NCBI GenBank assembly: GCA_965250005.1
Contig: OZ252279.1
Coordinates: 420,001 to 452,000 of the forward strand
Direction: 5' to 3'
Source of the DNA: Demequinaceae bacterium
Lineage (GTDB): Bacteria; Actinomycetota; Actinomycetes; Actinomycetales; Demequinaceae
DNA: 32,000 bases
The notes beneath the pieces are model-generated. The model searched no databases. It was not told the DNA's origin and saw only the letters and a list, made by a program, of their open reading frames with translations. The position numbers and the translations under genes are program-made. This document shows, piece by piece, positions 1 to 9,950 of this stretch (its first letter is position 1; the number at the start of each line of letters is the position of its first letter).

Positions 1-449
1 CAGCGGGGGGCTCTGGCGTCGTCCTCCCCGATTTGACGCCTGACGCGGCGACGGAATGGATTGAGATCGCCAACGCTCGCGGGCTGGACAGCATCTTCCT
101 CGTTGCGCCAAGTTCTACTCCGGAGCGGCTCCATCTGACCGTTGGTCAGACAAGCGGGTTCGTGTATGCGGCCTCACTGATGGGAGTCACCGGAGAGCGG
201 GCGAGCGTCGGCGATGATGCCGAGCGACTTGTTGCCGATACCCGCGCAGCTGGCGCTCAAACCGTGTGCGTGGGACTCGGCGTGGCAACCGGAAGCCAAG
301 CGGCTGAGGTTGCGCGCTACGCAGACGGCGTTATTGTTGGCAGCGCACTAGTACGCGCCCTGTCGGGCGCCGCAGAGTTTGATCAGGGCATCGCCGCCCT
401 CCGTACCAAGACGGCCGAACTCGCGGCCGGTGTGAGAGGAAAACCGTGA
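1..449 (+). CDS. trpA: Tryptophan synthase alpha chain, C-terminal part (5' end outside window)
   Basis: Frame-3 ORF open from the window edge to 449. Contains FLVAPSSTPERL, VYAASLMGVTGER and VCVGLGVATGSQAAEVARYADGVIVGSALV, typical of TrpA. Confidence 0.93.
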   Translation, partial: AGGSGVVLPDLTPDAATEWIEIANARGLDSIFLVAPSSTPERLHLTVGQTSGFVYAASLMGVTGERASVGDDAERLVADTRAAGAQTVCVGLGVATGSQAAEVARYADGVIVGSALVRALSGAAEFDQGIAALRTKTAELAAGVRGKP

Positions 450-1462
450 TTCCCGTTTCGATTCCCAGCCCGCCGCTCGACTGGGGCATTCTGTTCCAGA
501 TCGGCCCGTTCCCCATCCGCAGTTACGCCCTTGCGCTCCTGCTAGGCATGGTCGCCGGTGTCTGGGTCGCACGCAAGCGTTGGATAGCGCGTGGCGGGGA
601 TGTCGCGGCCGTTGAAGAGATTGTGGTTTGGGCGATTCCCTTCGGAATTCTTGGCGCGCGCATCTATCACGTGATTTCCACGCCCGGCCCATACTTTGGT
701 GAGGGTGGAAACTGGGTCAAGATCTTCGCGATCAACGAGGGCGGACTGGGGATCTGGGGCGCGGTCGCGCTCGGAGCTTTGGGTGCGTACATCGGAGCGA
801 AGCGCGCGGGCGTATCGTTTCCGGCGTTCATTGATGCCGCTGCGCCAGGGATACTGCTTGCGCAAGCTATCGGTCGCCTTGGCAACTATTTCAACCAAGA
901 ACTCTTCGGCGGCGCAACAACATTGCCGTGGGGCCTCCAGATCGACGCTGCCGCGCCAAGCTTTCCGCGCGACCTGCCGGTCGACACGCTTTTCCACCCG
1001 ACTTTCCTTTACGAACTGCTCTGGAACGTGGTGGGTGTGTTCGTCGTGCTCTACCTTGACCGTCGACTGAAACTCCGCAATGGTCGGGTGTTCTGGCTCT
1101 ACGTCATCGTTTACACCACCGGTCGCGTCTGGATTGAGAACGTCCGTATCGATACCGCGGTGCACATCGGCGGGCTACGCATCAACGTGTGGGTCTCGAT
1201 CGTAGTATTGCTCGGCTCGATCTTCGCGTTCTGGCTGGTGGGCAAGCGAAATGCAGGCACGTTCGAGGAATTCCCCGCACGCGTGACTAAGGGCAAAGTG
1301 GCCGTAGCGACTAAACGCTCCGCTTCTACTAAGAAGCCGGCATCCAAGAAGACGCCCGCAAAAAAGACGCCGGCAAAGAGTGCGCCTGCTAAGAAGGCTG
1401 TATCCAAAACGGTTGCGCGCAAAGAGAGCCCGGGGACGAAGGCCACAACGCCCAAGAAATAG
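446..1462 (+). CDS. lgt: Prolipoprotein diacylglyceryl transferase with a Lys/Ala/Pro-rich C-terminal tail
   Basis: GTG start overlapping the trpA stop (GTGA), with AGAGGA upstream. Protein contains PFPIRSYALALLLGMVAG, GRLGNYFNQELFGG and a multi-TM profile typical of Lgt. Confidence 0.95.
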   Translation: MIPVSIPSPPLDWGILFQIGPFPIRSYALALLLGMVAGVWVARKRWIARGGDVAAVEEIVVWAIPFGILGARIYHVISTPGPYFGEGGNWVKIFAINEGGLGIWGAVALGALGAYIGAKRAGVSFPAFIDAAAPGILLAQAIGRLGNYFNQELFGGATTLPWGLQIDAAAPSFPRDLPVDTLFHPTFLYELLWNVVGVFVVLYLDRRLKLRNGRVFWLYVIVYTTGRVWIENVRIDTAVHIGGLRINVWVSIVVLLGSIFAFWLVGKRNAGTFEEFPARVTKGKVAVATKRSASTKKPASKKTPAKKTPAKSAPAKKAVSKTVARKESPGTKATTPKK

Positions 1463-1585
1463 AACCGGCGCGTTCGGACTTAGGGGGAACGCGCGGTAGC
1501 CTATATACCCGTGTGTTGACCGGGCCGACGGCGCCCCGTATCCAGAACCAGCTCGGCCGTGCCGAGAATGACAAAGGACGGTGTG

Positions 1586-4500
1586 ATGCCCGTGCAGTTA
1601 CGCGCCCAAGCGAATGCGAAGGGTCTGTACGACCCTGCGTATGAACACGACGCCTGCGGCGTCGCGTTTGTCGCGACTCTGCGCGGCAAGCCTGGCCGAG
1701 ACATCATGGACGCGGGTCTGACAGCCCTCAAGAACCTCGAGCACCGTGGCGCCGTGGGCGCCGAGACCGAGACCGGCGACGGAGCGGGCATTCTGACGCA
1801 AGTGCCCGACGCGTTCCTGCGCACCGTTGTCGCCTTCGACCTGCCTCCCGCGGGCTCGTATGCGACCGGGATCGCGTTCCTCACGCCAGACAATGTCGGC
1901 GTCGAAGTCGCCGCCGTTGAGCGGGCAGCGTCGATTGAAGGCGTGACGATCATTGGCTGGCGCGACGTGCCGGTGAACCCCGAACCGCTGGGCCCATCGG
2001 CTCGTCAAGCGATGCCAGGCTTCCGGCAGGTCTTCCTCACGTGTGACGGTTTGAGTGGCATCGACCTTGATCGCCGAGTTTACCGTGTGCGCAAGCGCGC
2101 CGAAAACTCTCACGGCGTATTCTTTGCCTCGCTCTCGGCCCGGACGCTCACATACAAGGGCATGCTCACCACGTACCAACTTGAGCAGGTATTCCCGGAT
2201 TTGCTCGATCCAGAGTACTCAACTGAACTCGCCCTCGTTCACTCACGCTTCTCGACCAACACATTCCCTTCGTGGCCGCTTGCACAGCCACTACGCGGAA
2301 TCGCGCACAACGGTGAGATCAACACGGTGCAGGGGAACCGAAATTGGATGGCTGCGCGCGAGGGCACCCTCAGGTCGGAACTACTCGGCGACCTGAGCGA
2401 TATCGTGCCCATCTGTACGCCGTCGGCATCGGACACGGCGTCGTTCGATGAGGTGCTCGAATTGCTCAACCTCGGCGGGCGCAGCATGCCGCACGCGGTC
2501 TTGATGATGATGCCCGAGGCCTGGCAGCAGAACACCGAGATGGACGCTCGCCGCCGCGCATTTTACGAGTATCACTCGTCGCTCATGGAACCTTGGGACG
2601 GACCAGCCGCGCTCCACTTCTCTGATGGCACGTTGATAGGCGCGACGCTGGACCGCAACGGCCTGCGCCCCGGACGCTTCTGGGTGATGGACGACGGCCT
2701 CGTGGTGGCCGGTTCCGAGGCAGGGCTCCTCGACATCGACCCCGCGAAGGTCGTTCGCAAGGGCCGCCTTCAGCCGGGACGAATGCTGCTCGTGGACACG
2801 GCTGCCGGCCAAATCATCGAAGACGAGCAGATCAAGGACCAGCTGGCCGCAGAACATCCGTACGAGGCTTGGGTTGCCGACAACGCTGTCCGGCTCGCCG
2901 AGTTAACCGAGCGCGAGCACGTCACACACTCACGGTCGTCCGTCGTCCGGCGCCAGCGTGCCTTCGGATACACCGAAGAAGAGCTGACCATGCTGGTGGC
3001 GCCCATGGCACAACACGCGGTGGAGCCCATAGGCGCAATGGGGTCGGACACACCCATTGCTGTGCTTTCGAACCGCCCGCGGCTCCTCTTTGACTACTTC
3101 ACTCAGATGTTCGCTCAGGTCACGAACCCGCCGCTCGACTCCATCCGCGAACAGATCGTCACGGCCACCGGTGGGGCCATCGGCCCTGAGCCAAACCTCC
3201 TTGACGCAACCCCCGAACACGCGCGCAAGGTCATCCTGGATTTCCCTGTCATCGATAACGACGAGCTTGCCAAGATCATCCACATCGACGCCGACCCGAC
3301 GCTTCGCAACATCTTCAGCGCTCGTCGCATCAGTGGCTTGTACCGCGTGCGCAGCGGGGGAGAGGGGCTTCAGCGCCGTCTCATTGAGATCTTTGACGAG
3401 GTGGACCGGGCCATCAAGCAAGGCGTGGGCTTCCTCGTTCTCTCGGACCGTGACTCAGACGCCGAAAACGCGCCCATCCCGTCGCTCTTGATGACAGGCG
3501 CGGTTCACCATCACCTTGTCCGCAATCACAGCCGCACGCAGGTGTCCCTAGTGGTCGAAGCCGGCGACGTGCGCGAGGTCCACCACGTAGCAGCCTTGAT
3601 TGGCTACGGCTGCGCTGCGGTCAACCCCTATCTCGCGATGGAGACCGTGGAAGACTTGGTCTCACGCGGATACATCACGGACCTCAGTTCAGAGCAGGCC
3701 GTTCGAAACCTCATCATGGCGCTCGGCAAAGGGGTCCTCAAGATCATGTCGAAGATGGGTATCTCCACCATCTCGTCGTATCGGGGCGCACAGGTCTTTG
3801 AGGCGCTCGGGTTGTCCCGCGACTTGGTCGACCTTCACTTTGCTGGCACGCCCAGCCAGATTGGTGGCGTTGGGCTCGGGGTCATCGCCCAGGAAGTCGC
3901 ACTTCGGCACGCGGACGCCTATCCAACCAAGGGCGAGGCGCAGCCGCACCGCAGGCTCAATGTGGGTGGCGAATACCAGTGGCGGCGCGAAGGCGAGCAG
4001 CACCTGTTTGACCCGGAAACCGTATTCAAGCTTCAGCATTCCACGCGCACCCGGCAGTACGAGGTGTTCAACGAGTACACGAGCCTCGTCAACGACCAGT
4101 CGCGCAGGCTCATGACCCTGCGCGGACTTCTTGACTTCAAGTCCGACCGCACATCCATTCCTATCGAAGACGTCGAGCACGTCCGCGACATCGTCAGGCG
4201 ATTTAGCACGGGCGCGATGTCGTACGGCTCGATTTCGATCGAGGCGCACGAGACTCTCGCGATCGCGATGAATCGGCTTGGCGCGCGCTCCAACACCGGC
4301 GAGGGCGGAGAGGCCGTCGATCGCCTCTACGACCCCGAGCGCCGGAGCTCAATCAAGCAGGTTGCCTCCGGGCGCTTTGGGGTCACCAGCGAGTACCTTG
4401 TCAACGCTGACGATATTCAGATCAAACTCGCGCAGGGCGCTAAGCCGGGCGAGGGTGGCCAGCTTCCCGCCACCAAGGTGTATCCGTGGGTTGCGCAGAC

Positions 4501-6121
4501 GCGGCACTCGACGCCGGGAGTCGGGCTGATCTCGCCCCCGCCACATCACGACATCTACTCGATCGAAGACCTCAAACAGCTCATCCACGACCTCAAGAAC
4601 GCCAACCCCGAGGCCCGGATCCACACCAAGTTGGTCTCCGAGGTTGGGGTCGGCACTATCGCGGCAGGCGTTGCTAAATGCAAGTCAGATGTCGTCCTAA
4701 TCTCCGGATCGGACGGTGGAACCGGCGCGAGCCCGCTTAACTCGCTTAAGCACGCGGGCGCTCCGTGGGAGATCGGTCTCGCCGACACACAGCAGACCCT
4801 GGTCCTCAACAAGCTTCGCGACAGGATCGTCGTACAGGTAGACGGTCAGATGAAGACCGGCCGGGACGTAATCGTTGCTGCACTCCTCGGAGCGGAAGAG
4901 TTCGGATTCGCAACTGCGCCGCTCGTGGTCTCGGGCTGCGTCATGATGCGCGTATGCCACAAAGACACCTGCCCTGTTGGCGTCGCGACCCAGAACCCCG
5001 AGTTGCGCGAACGATTCTCCGGCAAGCCCGAATTCGTTGAGACCTTCTTCGAGTTCATTGCCCTCCAAGTTCGCGAGATGCTCGCACAGTTGGGCTTCCG
5101 ATCAATCGAAGAAGCCGTCGGCCACGTCGAGGTCCTCGAGACACGATCGGCGATTGAACACTGGAAGGCTCGCGGTCTTGACCTCGAGCCCGTCCTTGCC
5201 GTGCCGGCCGCCGGCGAAAACCTGCACCAGTCAACGTTGCAGGACCACGGACTGGACCGGGCGCTTGACTTGAAGTTGATCGCGGAGGCCGAGCCTGCGC
5301 TCGAGCGTGGCGAAGCCGTCAGGCTGACCCATGCTGTGCGCAACACCAACCGGACCATTGGAACGATGCTCGGCAACGAGGTAACCAAGCGCTACCGCGG
5401 CGCAGGTCTTCCCGACGACACGATCACAGTGATGTGCACAGGATCCGCGGGGCAGTCGTTTGGCGCGTTCGTGCCAAGGGGCATTACACTGCGGCTTTCC
5501 GGCGATGCCAACGACTACGTGGCCAAGGGCCTGAGCGGTGGGCGCATCGTCGTTCGTCCGGATCGGACGGCGATGCTGGACGACTCTCGCGACGTCGTTG
5601 CGGGCAATGTCATCGGCTACGGTGCCACCGGTGGCGAGCTGTTCCTTCGCGGCCAGGTTGGGGAGCGGTTCCTGGTTCGAAACTCCGGCGCAACCGCCGT
5701 CGTGGAGGGCGTAGGTGACCACGCGCTCGAATACATGACGGGCGGCACCGCCCTCGTGATTGGACGCACGGGCCGGAACCTAGGCGCTGGCATGTCCGGC
5801 GGAACCGCTTACGTGCTCGACCTGCGGTCGGAACGTGTGAACGTGGAGGCACTCGCCGCCGGAGATCTCACCCTCAGCCCGCTCGACTCCGAGGACGAGG
5901 CACTGGTTCGCGGTCTGCTGGAGAAGCACGTATCTGAGACGGAGTCTCCTCAGGCGCGAGAGTTGCTCGCAGATTGGGAAGGCTCGGCACCACGCTTCAC
6001 GCGGGTGCTTCCCGTGCAGTACGCGCGAGTGCGCGAGACGCTCGCCGCCATCGAAGCCAATGGCGGCGACCTATCCGCGCCCGGAGCCTGGGCCGACTTC
6101 CTGGAGGTGACCAGTGGCTGA
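1586..6121 (+). CDS. gltB: Glutamate synthase (NADPH) large subunit
   Basis: ORF 1559..6121. The start is chosen at ATG 1586 (AAAGGA at 1573-1578); ATG 1568 and GTG 1559 are alternatives. Amidotransferase start [12 protein letters not shown], and [23 protein letters not shown] in the synthase domain. Confidence 0.95.
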   Translation: MPVQLRAQANAKGLYDPAYEHDACGVAFVATLRGKPGRDIMDAGLTALKNLEHRGAVGAETETGDGAGILTQVPDAFLRTVVAFDLPPAGSYATGIAFLTPDNVGVEVAAVERAASIEGVTIIGWRDVPVNPEPLGPSARQAMPGFRQVFLTCDGLSGIDLDRRVYRVRKRAENSHGVFFASLSARTLTYKGMLTTYQLEQVFPDLLDPEYSTELALVHSRFSTNTFPSWPLAQPLRGIAHNGEINTVQGNRNWMAAREGTLRSELLGDLSDIVPICTPSASDTASFDEVLELLNLGGRSMPHAVLMMMPEAWQQNTEMDARRRAFYEYHSSLMEPWDGPAALHFSDGTLIGATLDRNGLRPGRFWVMDDGLVVAGSEAGLLDIDPAKVVRKGRLQPGRMLLVDTAAGQIIEDEQIKDQLAAEHPYEAWVADNAVRLAELTEREHVTHSRSSVVRRQRAFGYTEEELTMLVAPMAQHAVEPIGAMGSDTPIAVLSNRPRLLFDYFTQMFAQVTNPPLDSIREQIVTATGGAIGPEPNLLDATPEHARKVILDFPVIDNDELAKIIHIDADPTLRNIFSARRISGLYRVRSGGEGLQRRLIEIFDEVDRAIKQGVGFLVLSDRDSDAENAPIPSLLMTGAVHHHLVRNHSRTQVSLVVEAGDVREVHHVAALIGYGCAAVNPYLAMETVEDLVSRGYITDLSSEQAVRNLIMALGKGVLKIMSKMGISTISSYRGAQVFEALGLSRDLVDLHFAGTPSQIGGVGLGVIAQEVALRHADAYPTKGEAQPHRRLNVGGEYQWRREGEQHLFDPETVFKLQHSTRTRQYEVFNEYTSLVNDQSRRLMTLRGLLDFKSDRTSIPIEDVEHVRDIVRRFSTGAMSYGSISIEAHETLAIAMNRLGARSNTGEGGEAVDRLYDPERRSSIKQVASGRFGVTSEYLVNADDIQIKLAQGAKPGEGGQLPATKVYPWVAQTRHSTPGVGLISPPPHHDIYSIEDLKQLIHDLKNANPEARIHTKLVSEVGVGTIAAGVAKCKSDVVLISGSDGGTGASPLNSLKHAGAPWEIGLADTQQTLVLNKLRDRIVVQVDGQMKTGRDVIVAALLGAEEFGFATAPLVVSGCVMMRVCHKDTCPVGVATQNPELRERFSGKPEFVETFFEFIALQVREMLAQLGFRSIEEAVGHVEVLETRSAIEHWKARGLDLEPVLAVPAAGENLHQSTLQDHGLDRALDLKLIAEAEPALERGEAVRLTHAVRNTNRTIGTMLGNEVTKRYRGAGLPDDTITVMCTGSAGQSFGAFVPRGITLRLSGDANDYVAKGLSGGRIVVRPDRTAMLDDSRDVVAGNVIGYGATGGELFLRGQVGERFLVRNSGATAVVEGVGDHALEYMTGGTALVIGRTGRNLGAGMSGGTAYVLDLRSERVNVEALAAGDLTLSPLDSEDEALVRGLLEKHVSETESPQARELLADWEGSAPRFTRVLPVQYARVRETLAAIEANGGDLSAPGAWADFLEVTSG

Positions 6122-7583
6122 CCCCCGAGGTTTTCTCAACCACCGCGAGCGGCAGGTTCTGCCGAGCCGACCCGTCGAAGTACGGCTCCTCGACTGGAAA
6201 TACGTCAAGGACGAACTCGCGCGCGATCCTGATGCACTCAAGGTGCAGGCGAGCCGGTGCATGGACTGTGGGATTCCCTTTTGCCATCAAGGTTGCCCGC
6301 TGGGCAACCTCATCCCGGACTGGAACGACCTCACCTGGCGCGACCAACCCGCCGACGCAATCGAGCGGCTCCACGCCACCAACAACTTCCCAGAATTCAC
6401 TGGGCGCATCTGCCCTGCACCTTGTGAGAGCTCGTGCGTATTGAGTATCAACCAGCCCGCCGTGACCATCAAGAACATCGAGGTCTCGATCATTGACCGC
6501 GCGTATGCAGACGGCAACGTCACGCCGGTGATTCCGCAGCGACAGACAGGCAAGACGGTCGCGGTGGTGGGCTCAGGACCCGCGGGCTTGGCCGCAGCGC
6601 AGCAGCTCACGCGGGCGGGGCACACGGTCGCCGTCTTCGAGCGCGACGACCGGATCGGCGGGCTCATGCGCTACGGCGTGCCCGACTTCAAAATGGAGAA
6701 GGACACCATCGACTCGCGCATGGAACAGATGGAAGCGGAAGGTACGCGATTCCGCACCAATGTGAGCATCGGCGTTGACATCTCGTGGAGCGATTTACGG
6801 TCGCGTTACGACGCGGTGGTCATGGCCACCGGAACGACGATCCCGCGCGACTTGCCAATCCCCGGCAGGCACCACAAAGGCATCCACTTCGCGATACCGT
6901 ACCTCAAACAGGGCAACCAAGTCGCAGCCGGCGATATTGTTGAAAAGCAGATCACGGCCGAGAACAAGAACGTGATCATCATCGGCGGCGGAGACACGGG
7001 CTCCGACTGCCTGGGCACGGCTCTTCGGCAGGGCGCAAAGTCTGTCACGACACTCGCGATTGGTGTCAAGCCGCCGGATGAGCGGGACGACAAGCAGCAG
7101 CCCTGGCCGACTCACCCGCTGCTGTTCGAGGTTTCCAGCAGCCACGAAGAGGGTGGCGAACGCGAGTATTTGGCTTCCACCGTTGAGTTCCTCGGCGATG
7201 AAGATGATCGCGTGACGGCTCTCCGCGTCGCCCGCACTCAAATCATGCCTGACGGCTCGCGCGGAGCAGCACCCGGGACAGAAGTCGAGATTCCGGCTGA
7301 CTTGGTGCTCATATCGATGGGTTTCCTGGGGCCCGACTCCACAACCTTCGGCCAGCTGCCTGCGCTGTCCCTCACGCCGCGAGGAACGGTTACCCGTGGC
7401 GAGGATTTCGCAACGCCTGCGGACGGCGTATTCGTCGCGGGTGACGCTGGCCGAGGGCAGTCACTTGTTGTTTGGGCAATCGCCGAGGGCCGCGCCGTCG
7501 CGGCGGCCGTTGACACGTATCTGACTGGTGGCACCGAGCTACCGGCAGCAATAACGGCGCGTACAGTCGCGTACCGTGCTTAA
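6114..7583 (+). CDS. gltD: Glutamate synthase small subunit
   Basis: GTG start overlapping the gltB end by 8 nt. Contains the cysteine cluster [17 protein letters not shown] and the nucleotide-binding motif [15 protein letters not shown]. Confidence 0.96.
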   Translation: MADPRGFLNHRERQVLPSRPVEVRLLDWKYVKDELARDPDALKVQASRCMDCGIPFCHQGCPLGNLIPDWNDLTWRDQPADAIERLHATNNFPEFTGRICPAPCESSCVLSINQPAVTIKNIEVSIIDRAYADGNVTPVIPQRQTGKTVAVVGSGPAGLAAAQQLTRAGHTVAVFERDDRIGGLMRYGVPDFKMEKDTIDSRMEQMEAEGTRFRTNVSIGVDISWSDLRSRYDAVVMATGTTIPRDLPIPGRHHKGIHFAIPYLKQGNQVAAGDIVEKQITAENKNVIIIGGGDTGSDCLGTALRQGAKSVTTLAIGVKPPDERDDKQQPWPTHPLLFEVSSSHEEGGEREYLASTVEFLGDEDDRVTALRVARTQIMPDGSRGAAPGTEVEIPADLVLISMGFLGPDSTTFGQLPALSLTPRGTVTRGEDFATPADGVFVAGDAGRGQSLVVWAIAEGRAVAAAVDTYLTGGTELPAAITARTVAYRA

Positions 7584-7603
7584 GACCACCTAGGTAGGAG
7601 ATC

Positions 7604-9022
7604 ATGCGTCACGCAAAGATTGTCTGCACCATCGGACCCGCGACTGAGTCGCTCGAGCAGATGCGGCTCCTGGTTGACGCGGGCATGGACGTTGCTCGCC
7701 TGAACCGGAGCCACGGCGATTTCGCGGTGCACGAGAAGGTCTACGCCAACGTTCGCAAGGCTTCCAAGGAGGCCGGCCGCAATGTTGCCGTGCTCGTCGA
7801 TCTCCAGGGCCCAAAGATCCGGCTCGCGCGTTTCGCTAACGGACCGCACGACCTGGCCACTGGCGACGTGTTCACCATTACGACGCGCGACGTCGAGGGC
7901 ACCAAGGAGCTGTGTGGCACGACCTACGCCGGTTTGCCAGGTGACGCCAACGTCGGCGACTTCCTGCTCATTGACGACGGCAAGGTCAAAGTAGAGGTCA
8001 CGGCGGTGACTGAGACCGACGTCACCACCACGGTCGTGGTGCCCGGAGCGGTCTCCAACAACAAGGGAATCAACCTTCCCGGCGTTGCTGTATCAGTTCC
8101 CGCGATGTCAGACAAGGACGAGGAAGACCTGCGCTGGGCACTCAAGCTCGGGACCGACTTCATCGCGCTGTCGTTCGTCCGCTCGGCCGCAGACTACGAT
8201 GACGTCGCACGCATCATGACCGAGGAGGGCCGCACCGTCCCGGTGATTGCCAAGGTAGAGAAGCCGCAGGCAGTCGACAACCTCAAGGAGATCGTCAACG
8301 CTTTTGACGGCGTGATGGTCGCGCGCGGTGACCTCGGCGTTGAGCTGCCGCTCGAAGACGTACCGCTCGTTCAGAAACATGCCATCGAATTGTGCCGTGC
8401 GCACGCCAAGCCCGTCATCGTAGCAACGCAGGTACTCGAGTCGATGATCTCGTCGCCGGTTCCTACCCGGGCAGAGACGTCTGACTGCGCGAACGCGGTT
8501 CTCGACGGCGCTGACGCCGTCATGCTCTCGGGCGAGACGTCCGTGGGCGAGTATCCAATCATCACTGTCGAGACCATGGCCCGCATCATCGAGAACACCG
8601 AGAAAAAGGGTGGCGACCGCATTGCGCCCATGGTTTCGAAGCCCAAGACTCGCAGTGGCACCATCACGGCTGCTGCGGCGAATATCGCGAGGCGCCTGCA
8701 CGCCAAAGCGATTGTCACGTTTACACAGTCGGGCGACTCGGCGCAGCGCATGTCGCGCCTGCGTCCCAAGACCAAGATGTACGCATTCACGCCGGATTCA
8801 GACACATACGCACGACTGGCTCTGACCTGGGGAGTTCATCCGGACCTCGTCGAGAATGTGGATTCCACCGACGACATGGTGAAGGTGGTCGACAAGGTAC
8901 TCAAGGACACTGGTCGCGCCAAGGACGGCGACTACATCGTCATAGTCTCGGGGGCGCCCATGGGTGTTTCCGGTACGACGAACTCGATTTTGGTGCACAA
9001 AGTTGGCGAGCACGTGGGCTGA
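7604..9022 (+). CDS. pyk: Pyruvate kinase
   Basis: TAGGAG precedes the ATG. MRHAKIVCTIGPATES, VDLQGPKIRLARF and MVARGDLGVELP are pyruvate kinase motifs. Confidence 0.97.
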   Translation: MRHAKIVCTIGPATESLEQMRLLVDAGMDVARLNRSHGDFAVHEKVYANVRKASKEAGRNVAVLVDLQGPKIRLARFANGPHDLATGDVFTITTRDVEGTKELCGTTYAGLPGDANVGDFLLIDDGKVKVEVTAVTETDVTTTVVVPGAVSNNKGINLPGVAVSVPAMSDKDEEDLRWALKLGTDFIALSFVRSAADYDDVARIMTEEGRTVPVIAKVEKPQAVDNLKEIVNAFDGVMVARGDLGVELPLEDVPLVQKHAIELCRAHAKPVIVATQVLESMISSPVPTRAETSDCANAVLDGADAVMLSGETSVGEYPIITVETMARIIENTEKKGGDRIAPMVSKPKTRSGTITAAAANIARRLHAKAIVTFTQSGDSAQRMSRLRPKTKMYAFTPDSDTYARLALTWGVHPDLVENVDSTDDMVKVVDKVLKDTGRAKDGDYIVIVSGAPMGVSGTTNSILVHKVGEHVG

Positions 9023-9030
9023 CGCTCAGA

Positions 9031-9068
9031 CGAGGCTGCCTGCCTCAACGGCGAGGCGGGTAGCTTCG
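9031..9068 (+). terminator. Long intergenic hairpin after pyk, without a U-tract; candidate 3'-end or regulatory RNA structure
   Basis: CGAGGCTGCCTGCCTC (9031-9046), loop AACGGC (9047-9052), GAGGCGGGTAGCTTCG (9053-9068). The stem is 16 bp including three G-U pairs in the + strand RNA. Confidence 0.55.
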
Positions 9069-9079
9069 GTACATCTCGG

Positions 9080-9153
9080 TGCCCCGAGTGGGAGTCGAAC
9101 CCACACTGGAACGGGTTTGAGCCGTTTGCCTCTGCCGGTTGGGCTATCGGGGC
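9080..9153 (-). tRNA. tRNA with anticodon CAA (nominally Leu), class-I variable loop, CCA not encoded
   Basis: Minus strand: GCCCCGA TA GCCCAACCGGCAGAGGC A AACGG CTCAAAC CCGTT CCAGT GTGGG TTCGACT CCCAC TCGGGGC A. The 7-bp acceptor, 5-bp anticodon and 5-bp T stems are perfect. Confidence 0.9.
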
Positions 9154-9168
9154 GCGCAGACTAGGCTA
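9139..9168 (+). promoter_or_regulatory. Putative promoter of the ANTAR regulator; its -10 overlaps an opposing tRNA -10
   Basis: TTGGGC (9139-9144), 17 nt, TAGGCT (9162-9167), then GTG at 9175. The minus strand reads TAGCCT at 9168-9163, just upstream of the tRNA. Confidence 0.5.
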
Positions 9169-9174
9169 TCGCCT

Positions 9175-9816
9175 GTGACCCGAGCGAACGAAATCGAAGA
9201 GCCTCTGCCTGGTGTCGAAGCCAGCGCCCCTGTCAAACCCGTTTCGCGGCGCGCCATCGTAGTTGAAGATGAGGCGCTCATCCGCATGGACATTGTCGAG
9301 ACCCTGATTGAGGGCGGCTACGACGTCGTTGGGGAGGGCGCCAACGGTGAAGAAGGCGTTGCCCTGGCCAAAGAACTCAAACCCGACGTCGTCGTGATGG
9401 ATATCAAAATGCCCGTCATGGACGGCATCACCGCCGCTGAGCTCATCGCCAACGACCGGGTATCGCCAGTGGTCCTGCTGACTGCGTTCTCCCAAACGGA
9501 ACTGGTTGAGCGAGCGCGGGACGCCGGCGCGATGGCCTACGTGGTTAAGCCGTTCACTCCCGCGGACTTGCTACCCGCCGTCGAAGTCGCCGCCGCGCGC
9601 TTCATGGAGATTAGGCAACTTGAGTCCGAGGTTGCGGACATCTCCGACCGCATGGAGACTCGCAAGAAGGTCGAGCGCGCCAAGGGCCTGTTGATGGAGA
9701 ACATGCAGCTCAACGAGCCAGAATCGTTCCGATGGATTCAGAAGACGTCGATGGACCGTCGCCTCACCATGCGCGAGGTTGCCGAAGCCGTCATAGACCA
9801 AATGGGCAAAAAGTAA
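9175..9816 (+). CDS. pdtaR: Response regulator with receiver and C-terminal ANTAR RNA-binding domain (PdtaR-like)
   Basis: The supplied ORF starts at TTG 9139 inside the tRNA gene; GTG 9175 is the sensible start. Receiver motifs VVEDEALIRMD, DVVVMDIKMPVMDG and AYVVKPF; ANTAR region KKVERAKGLLMENMQLNEPESFRWIQKTSMDRRLTMREVAEAVI. Confidence 0.9.
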   Translation: MTRANEIEEPLPGVEASAPVKPVSRRAIVVEDEALIRMDIVETLIEGGYDVVGEGANGEEGVALAKELKPDVVVMDIKMPVMDGITAAELIANDRVSPVVLLTAFSQTELVERARDAGAMAYVVKPFTPADLLPAVEVAAARFMEIRQLESEVADISDRMETRKKVERAKGLLMENMQLNEPESFRWIQKTSMDRRLTMREVAEAVIDQMGKK

Positions 9817-9826
9817 AGGCTGTGAA

Positions 9827-9844
9827 GGTCACAATATAGTGACC
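9827..9844. promoter_or_regulatory. Perfect inverted repeat GGTCAC-AATATA-GTGACC, candidate operator or hairpin
   Basis: 6-bp arms with a 6-nt spacer between the regulator stop and the binding-protein gene; contains a TATAGT -10-like hexamer at 9835-9840. Confidence 0.45.
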
Positions 9845-9950
9845 ATCAATTACTCCCGGTTGCGCCCCTGCGGAGTAACGTGATTCACAACGCGCGCGTG
9901 GAGACTCCTCGCCGCAATGCTGGCTTCGGCTGGCACATTTGGAGGGAATA

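Noticed and set aside
1330-1440. Repetitive AAGAAG/GCC-rich DNA at the lgt 3' end as a possible tandem-repeat or CRISPR-like array
   Set aside because: Irregular codons for a Lys/Ala/Pro-rich tail; no fixed period and no spacers.
2381-4249. Several 95-186 aa ORFs inside or opposite gltB
   Set aside because: gltB is a continuous, motif-rich ORF; the others are GC3-derived shadows.
9139-9174. N-terminal extension MGYRGAQTRLSP of the supplied regulator ORF
   Set aside because: Would start within the tRNA gene; GTG 9175 with TAGGCT 7 nt upstream is the better start.
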